A stretch of DNA of 64,000 nucleotides from the human T2T-CHM13v2.0 reference genome, Homo sapiens: assembly GCF_009914755.1 (NCBI RefSeq), contig NC_060929.1; one strand, given 5' to 3'. Under the pieces are notes generated by a model that saw only the letters and a list, made by a program, of their open reading frames with translations, did no database searches and had not been told where the DNA came from. Both the position numbers and the translations under genes were made by a program. Shown here one piece after another: positions 56,172 to 64,000 of the stretch (within the stretch, counting starts at the first letter, position 1; each line of letters begins with the position of its first letter).

Positions 56172-56349
56172 CAGTGTTTCTCAAATTAAGCCGCCTTCAG
56201 CATCATCGGGAAGCCTTGTTTGAGATTGCTGTTCCCATTCCCAGTTCCTGATTCAGTAGATCTGGCTGTGAGTCTGAAATTTTGCATTTCTAACAAGTTC
56301 CCAGATGATGCTGATACAGCTGTTTGAAGACCACACTTGAAAAACATTA
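56172..56349. mobile_element. MER5A hAT MITE
   Basis: CAGTGTTTCTCAAA...TGATTCAGTAG...TTTGCATTTCTAACAAGTTCCCAGATGATGCTGAT...CCACACTTGA. Confidence 0.85.
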
Positions 56350-56769
56350 ACCTAGTGGGCCAGTCATCACTTGGCTTGATTAGGAGCTGGCTGTTTGCAG
56401 AGAGAACAGGATGCAAGGAAAGGTGGAGGGAGCACCTAATATGAAGGTGAAGACCTCAAGTCTTGATGCAAAATGCTTTTAAGGAAGCCTATGGATGACA
56501 CTGACTTTGGGGACGATCACTCTTCCCCCCTCCATGTACACTGGCAAGAAAACAAAAACAAGTACAGTATTGCTCTCTAGGGGAAGGAGTTGTCTTTATG
56601 ACCAGGGTCACAGGCTTTGAAGTCAGCTGAGACTTGAATCTGAGTTCCTGCTATACCTGGCATGTTCAGAGTGAGCCATTTAACCTCTTAAGTCACAATA
56701 GCGTCTTAGTGGGCTAATGCCACAGAGTGGGTTCTCAAAAATGACAGTGTCATCATCATCCTTTTCCAT

Positions 56770-57003
56770 TTAGGGAAGCCCCCAATGAGTGTAACTCCCT
56801 CTCCCCATCCCTGCTTTAATTTTCCCTTTAGCATGATCTACTATTCTGGTATTTTTCTGATTTGATTTTGTGTGATTCTCTCATTAGAAGCTGAGCCTCA
56901 GGAAGAAAGAAATTTTTATCTTTTCTTCACTGTCATGTGCCAATGGCTAGAACAATACCTGAAACGTAATAGTACTAGATCAGTACTTATTGAATGAATG
57001 AAC
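56770..57003 (+). mobile_element. L2 3' end
   Basis: TTCACTGTCATGTGCCAATGGCTAGAACAATACCTG...TTATTGAATGAATGAA. Confidence 0.65.
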
Positions 57004-58059
57004 ACTGTGAGCTTGTTATAGTCTCTAGTAAATTCACTATTTACCTAAAAGAACTAAAATCTATTTTTTGGTTGTAATTATTGACCCTGGAGATACCTAT
57101 CATTATGAAGTGTTTTTAGTAGTTTTAGTTACCTTTGAAGTGTTTCCATTCACATACAGGAATTACTTTTAAAATTTCATGTAGGTAAGTTATCAGCTAA
57201 GAATGTTCCTTATTAACTAAGATTTTGATGACATACAAACATGAAACAGCTTTATGTCATTTCTCTGTTTTTCTTTTTTGCCATCAACCATTAACTGTCG
57301 AATATTTCCCATCTCAACAATATTTTGATGAATCACATTGCATTGTGGACATTTTTGGGTATGAAATTCCAGTCTCACTTAATTTAATAAGTTTGAAAGG
57401 TCAGCCTCATGTCCAATGGAGAAAGAACTCTTCTCACCAAGCTTGGCCTAGGACCCACAGAACCTGCCTTGGTGAGGGAACTGCATTGGTGGGAGCCTGT
57501 CTTGCTACTTTTCTTTTTTGGCATCTTCTTTTTTTACCTCTAGTGTGCTAGGGTATGGGAGGAATAATGGGGGAAGGGACAAATGCCGCCTACCTAAGAA
57601 AAGTCCTGTGTTTCTTCCTTGGCTGGCCACATGCTCTGTATGGCAGGCATCTAATGACAGTTCTCTCATTGTCCACTGGGCAGCCCTCTGGCCACCCAGC
57701 TTAAACCTGGGTAATTTCCGTGGTGTCCACTTGGCCCAGGGAGATGCACCTAAGGGTGGGAGGGCAGGACTACTATGTTGCTTCCCTTTCTTCAGGCAGC
57801 CGCCACCCCACACTTAATTCCCTTTTACTCTCTGCTCAAAGCAGGCACAGGAGCAGGTTCACAAACTCGCCCACACACAGAGTCCCCCTGGCGAATGGAT
57901 GCCAGTCTTCTTGCAGTTACTGCTAATTTCTTTGAGCATGTGACACTTGGCTTTGGGATAGGAAAATAGCCCCATCCCTGCAGGGAAGAAGAAAAGCCAT
58001 AGGATTTCACCTTGTCAGTGTCTCTTAATGAGAGAGCTAATGGAAATTAGAGTGAGATC

Positions 58060-58190
58060 AGGTTTTGCTGTGCAGGGCTCTCCCTTAAGTTGCAGGATAT
58101 TTAGCATCCCTGGATCCTGCCCATTAGATGCCAATTGCACCCCCAACGCCTCCCCACGTTTTCAACCTCCACTCAGCCTGAGAACCATTG
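58060..58190. mobile_element. MER20-like hAT fragment
   Basis: TTGCAGGATATTTAGCATCCCTGG...CCCATTAGATGCCA...TGAGAACCATTG. Confidence 0.65.
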
Positions 58191-58700
58191 GTAGGCCAAC
58201 AACTCAATAACACATTGGAATTCTAGAACTTCTAATCTATCGCTTATGCAGGCTGAAGGGAGTAATGGGTGATAGCTGCATAACTGATAATTTCCACAGA
58301 GATATGTCTGGCAGTTCTCTTTAGAATGTGGAGGATCTTAGCACCTATTATCCTCAGCTTTGGGTTTTAGTAGAAATTCTGAGACAAGGGAAAAAGAGTC
58401 CTTCAACATCCTATTACAGGCTGAAAGCAACATGTCTCCATATTACAGTGTAAGATTTGTAATGTTTGCAGATTTCTTTATGTAGCTAGTTTCTTCCTGG
58501 TATGTAGGTTCCAGTCAGCCTCAGTCGGAAAAGCTGCCCCATTCCTATCTCCTTCATTCAAGTTCTTGTGGGGGACCCCCAGTCTTCAGAGCAGCATAGC
58601 TTTTATTCATCTCCTATAAATACAAATCCTATCCAAATAATCATAGCTATTTTTATGATGTCTGTATTTCTACAGCATCATAAAAAGAAAATGTTTTGTA

Positions 58701-58777
58701 TTTGATTGAACCATGAAATGACCATTTTTATAGGTTAAAATCATTGAATATTGGCAATTTTATGTAATTCAATCTAA
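58701..58777. mobile_element. MADE2 mariner-derived MITE
   Basis: ~80-bp imperfect palindrome TTGAACCATGAAAT...GGCAATTTTATGTAATTCAATCTAA. Confidence 0.7.
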
Positions 58778-58827
58778 ATATGTTAGTGGACTTCATACCT
58801 AATTTAAATGTAAGCAAAAAGCTTTAG

Positions 58828-59580
<753 letters not shown>

Positions 59581-61315
59581 TCATTTGCTCTTTATGCCAC
59601 CCTAAAACCCATCTCACAGAAGAATATTGTGTTCCTTTAGGGGCACAATCGAAAATGAACAGTTTCTACACATGTATAAATATCTAGTCTCTTAATGAAA
59701 TTTTCAGTTTTAGAAAAGCCATTTTGCTAATATTCAGGACAGTTCCTCAAATTTAGTCTGTAGTTAGGCTAAATATTTAAAATGCCCAAATAATTAAGAA
59801 ATACCTTGCTGTGATAGTAGCATTATATAAATTACATTTAGTCATATTGTGGGTTGTGGTTAATGATTTCTACGTGTCCTAGAATGTGTGCTTAGATGAA
59901 ATGTCTTTCCTGACTACCCGCAGCTCACAGACCCAGTGGAGATTTAATGTCAGTTTCCTTATGAAAGCAGGCTTGAAATGGCGAGGGAAGAGGATACTGA
60001 TGTTGGAGAAGGGAGTATGGTTCAGGGATATCATAATACATTTCTTAGGCTTTATGACTTTTGGGAAAGGTTATTATAATGGAGTTGAGCTTTTAGCATT
60101 GTTTTGCACAAAAAAAGAGAGTCTTTTGTGGGTGAGAATAAAAAGGAGAAGCAGTTAATGAAAAAAAATCCTCAGATCTTCTATTTGTCGGTATTTACAA
60201 ACAAGAAGGTCTACCTACTTACCTAGTGCATGCCAAACTATGGAATTCCATTCAGTGATTTTTCAAGAAAGGAGGCTCTTTCCTAGAGTGAACTTAACCT
60301 TTGTGTCTATCTATATGGATTTGGAGGATATGCCCTAGTGAATAGTAGGCCTTTTAATTTGCATGCTACTTAATATGTTCACTGTAATTGTTTTAGCTGC
60401 GTCTTTCTTCTCCCAGAGGGAAAAAGTCATGAGAATCTTAATGCTGTGTCCTTTACTGTCCTCTTCTTGGAAGATGTCATGATGTCATGTTGATCAGTTT
60501 GCTATGAATTCCCTCTGTTTGCTCTCAGTGGTCATTTTTGCTGACCCTCCTTATTGGCTTCCCCAGAGGAGCAGTCCCAAATCTCTGCAACTCTCCCTCA
60601 TCCTCACTCTGTCCTAGTCTCTCAGCAGATGACTCCTAAAAGTCCTGGAAAATGTTGGGGGAGTAGAGGTCAAGGGACGTTGGGCTAATTCCAGCCAGGC
60701 ATTTATGTTTATAACAACTTACAAGAAACAAAAGCATTACATTCAGTCATATACCCCTTGGGGTACATCTGTCTTTTGGATGTGACATGAGATAATTAAT
60801 GTGTAAATAATAATTAGAATGCTTGGTACAGAGCAAGCAGTTAATAACTGCTGGTTTCTATCTTTCTTTAATAACCTTTTGACCAGTAAAGATGGTTCAG
60901 AAAATATTATGTAATTCATTTTCAGCAATTATGATCTAATGAGTTATGATGACCTGATGTCCTTGCTTCATTTGGTGGCTCACGTAGTATAGCCAAAATA
61001 TGAGTGTGAGATGGCTCTAAACCAAAGACAATACTTCAAATGACTCCTGCTGTCAAGCCACTTGGATGGAAGCATCTTTTTCAGCTGTGCCCCAACTTGG
61101 ATTAATTTTTTATAATATAGGCCACATGATCTCAATTTTAGTGGCAGGGATACATCTTGTTGAAGCTCCCTAGCAACTAGCTAATGTTTGCAGCTTCTCC
61201 AAGCTATTGTCTCAATTTTGCTGCTGCTGTGGTTGCCACTCGCTTATCTGGACTGACTGGTGACCAACATAGTCCCCAGCTCTCTTCTGAATTCCACCAA
61301 ATAATCATGATAGCT

Positions 61316-61755
<440 letters not shown>

Positions 61756-61921
61756 TTAGTGCTTTGCAGGTTAAAATTACTTCTCATTTATTGTCTCATT
61801 TCATCCTTACGTTAACCCAGTGAAGTAGATCCAGCAAATGTTTTTATCTTTTTTTTACCCATAAGATTAAAGAATATCGTTTGAGAATATTCTTACACTT
61901 TAATTTTTTTTTTCCCTGCAG

Positions 61922-62017
61922 GTGAAATGTCCAGCTGTTAAGTGAATTGGTATGGTATGGTGGCTAGTTCCAAATGAAATGGCTAAGCTTCACCCCTTTG
62001 AACACTCAACTTCTCAG
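61922..62017 (+). other. Candidate 96-nt non-coding exon
   Basis: Acceptor TTTTTTTTTTCCCTGCAG|G and donor CAG|GTAATA; stops in all three frames. Confidence 0.4.
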
Positions 62018-62499
62018 GTAATACTTTGGAGGTATAACTGCATGTAGTTGGGATGTTGTAATGGTATGAGTGTTTTATGTATTGATGCTTTGTGCTTTGA
62101 ACCGGTTTCTTCCAACAAGCTGTTGTGTTGCCTGCCCTTGGAATAATGCAGTTTCTTCATGAATAAGTCACATTAAACATGCACAGGAATTTTTTTTAGC
62201 AACATCAACTGTGATATTATTATAATCTTAAAGGAGGAGTGGCAATTTGTGAACAACAACTTTGGCAAAAGGCCTTGTGAAAAATTGAGAATCACTTGTT
62301 TATTATTGTTCTTTTAAATCCTCTCAAGTCTCTGCCAAAAAGAGACTTAAATATTTGTTGCATCCAGTAAATATCTGTTGAATAAATGAGTGAATGAATT
62401 ATAGAAGGCAGCATTATAGATTGATTGATACACCACAGTTGAAATGGACAACAGTGTATCCTGTGCATTGACTAAACTGGACCATTGACCAATTCTTGA

Positions 62500-62840
62500 A
62501 TGTTTCCAGCACCTTCCCACCCCATGCTTTTGGTCACTCCATTTCTTTAATCTGTAATGTCCTTTCCATCTCTGTGTATCAAAATTCTACCCAGCCATTG
62601 GACTAGATCAAAAGCTATTTTTTTCTCCATTTCTCCTGAAGCCTTTGTGGCTTTTTCCATTGCCAGAGCTGGAAATGACTATATCTCAAAAAGTTCCCAT
62701 TGCTCATGTCTTTTTTGGTACTTAGTATATTTTCCTTGGAGAGCACATACATTATTATTTCCTGGTAAAGCATATGCATTATATATTTCTCTTTAGAATG
62801 TAAGTTCTCAAAGAACAGACTGTACTGTATTCATCTTTGC

Positions 62841-62877
<37 letters not shown>

Positions 62878-62930
62878 ATTTTAGCAGGGTGTTACATCTG
62901 CTAATTTCTCAACCTATTTTGTTGAATTAA
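62500..62930 (+). mobile_element. L2 3' fragment containing a (CA)n
   Basis: TAGAATGTAAGTTCTCAAAGAACAGACTGTACTGTATTCATCTTTG...TTGTTGAATTAA. Confidence 0.65.
62842..62875. repeat. (AC)n microsatellite
   Basis: About 17 AC units. Confidence 0.95.
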
Positions 62931-63904
62931 TTAGGTTATAGGGATTTAACTATTCTTTCTATATTGTAATACCTATAGTTAAAATTCTTATCCTTCATAA
63001 AATTTTTCAAAAAGGTGCTGACAAATAGGAAAAACATTGAAATTTGATTTTCTTTGACAATTTAAAGCCTCTGATAGAAATACAAACAACTAGTAGAATG
63101 GACAAGGCCTTGAGAGAATTAAGTTTTTAAAAGACACAGAGCAGATAAACTTGTTTTGATTAGTTAGGGATGAACAGAATCACTACGAGAATCATTGATA
63201 CTTACTCTAAAAATCTAGTGAGCTAATATAGCATTTTTCTTCAGAGGAGGGCAAAATGTTAATTTTTTGAAGTTTTCTGCTTTGGAATTGAGCACGTGTC
63301 TCTTCAGTAGTGTCCAGATTTTTTCATAACGTTGCAAATCAAAACAACGATGTCAAAACAATCCTAGAATTATTTCTAGACCCAGTAATGGAACTGACAA
63401 TAAGTATCAGGGGTTTGCCTGGGTTGGGGGTGGGGCCAGTGTGGAATGCGTTATTTCTCCCTTACTGTCATTCCAGGCAGTTGCCAATTTGGGCTGATTA
63501 TTTATAGATGACTCTGCAGTGTGACAGGCAGTTCTCCAAGTGAAGCCTCAGGCAGTGAGGTCCTGAGGAAATAGGAAAGACCTGCACATTCCATAGAGCA
63601 ATGGGGAAGGAACTGCGGGGCAGCCAGAAGCAGTCTTCCCCCAGAGCCCCCTCCTTGTTTTTTCCTTTTAACACAAATGTTCCCGGGGGGTTGCAAAACA
63701 CTGATTCCTTTTAAAAGGTGTTATAGTAAATTCCCTAGTGGAAGCCTCCTTCCCTACAGAGACAAGCATTAGAGCCCTCAGAAATCTGGGTTACTGACTT
63801 GGAAACCAAATAATTGGGGATAAATGAATGGACGAGAGTAAAGAGGCTCCACATAAAAGGAATCCCTTCCGACAGCATCTTTCATGCTGGGGGACATTAG
63901 GATG

Positions 63905-63952
63905 CCAATAGACGCAGCCCATGGGTTTGGGTTGCCAGGTAACCAGGGTACC
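63905..63952. promoter_or_regulatory. Candidate RFX X-box plus CCAAT box in a promoter-like, CpG-retaining end region
   Basis: GTTGCCAGGTAAC at 63931-63943, overlapping GTAACCAGGGTACC, and CCAAT at 63905-63909. Confidence 0.5.
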
Positions 63953-64000
63953 CGCAGATTTCCATTTTTACTTTATTTCCGATTCAGGAAAGCCTCGTTT

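Noticed and set aside
58701-58777. Palindrome as a microRNA hairpin
   Set aside because: Explained by a diverged MADE2 MITE with many mismatches; no evidence of processing.

Overview
Primate (most likely human) non-coding genomic DNA, intergenic or deep intronic, dominated by interspersed repeats: about 16 Alu/FLAM copies, two long L1s (5'-truncated L1PA6-like at 17.85-22.84 kb; L1PB-like at 34.9-40.9 kb), old L1M/L2/MIR fragments, many ERVL, MaLR and ERV1 LTRs, and hAT/Tc-mariner DNA transposon relics. I find no intact host protein-coding gene, tRNA, rRNA or CRISPR array; the long ORFs are broken L1 ORF1/ORF2 pieces, and the short ones look like repeat-derived or chance ORFs. I cannot support a new biological system here. 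The most unusual structures are (1) a chimeric provirus with an ERV-L MLT2 5' LTR joined at the LTR/PBS boundary to a MaLR MST internal region and MST 3' LTR (11.9-14.4 kb), and (2) a local duplication-inversion at 4.15-5.95 kb with a fold-back hairpin at the junction and a 51-nt exon-like unit. Candidate regulatory sites are a p53 element in MER61, a GAS site in MER41B, DUX4 motifs in LTRs, a strong CTCF motif in a repeat-poor block, and an RFX X-box/CCAAT promoter-like end. Repeat subfamily names come from recalled consensus sequences by eye and need RepeatMasker/Dfam confirmation; boundaries without TSDs are approximate.
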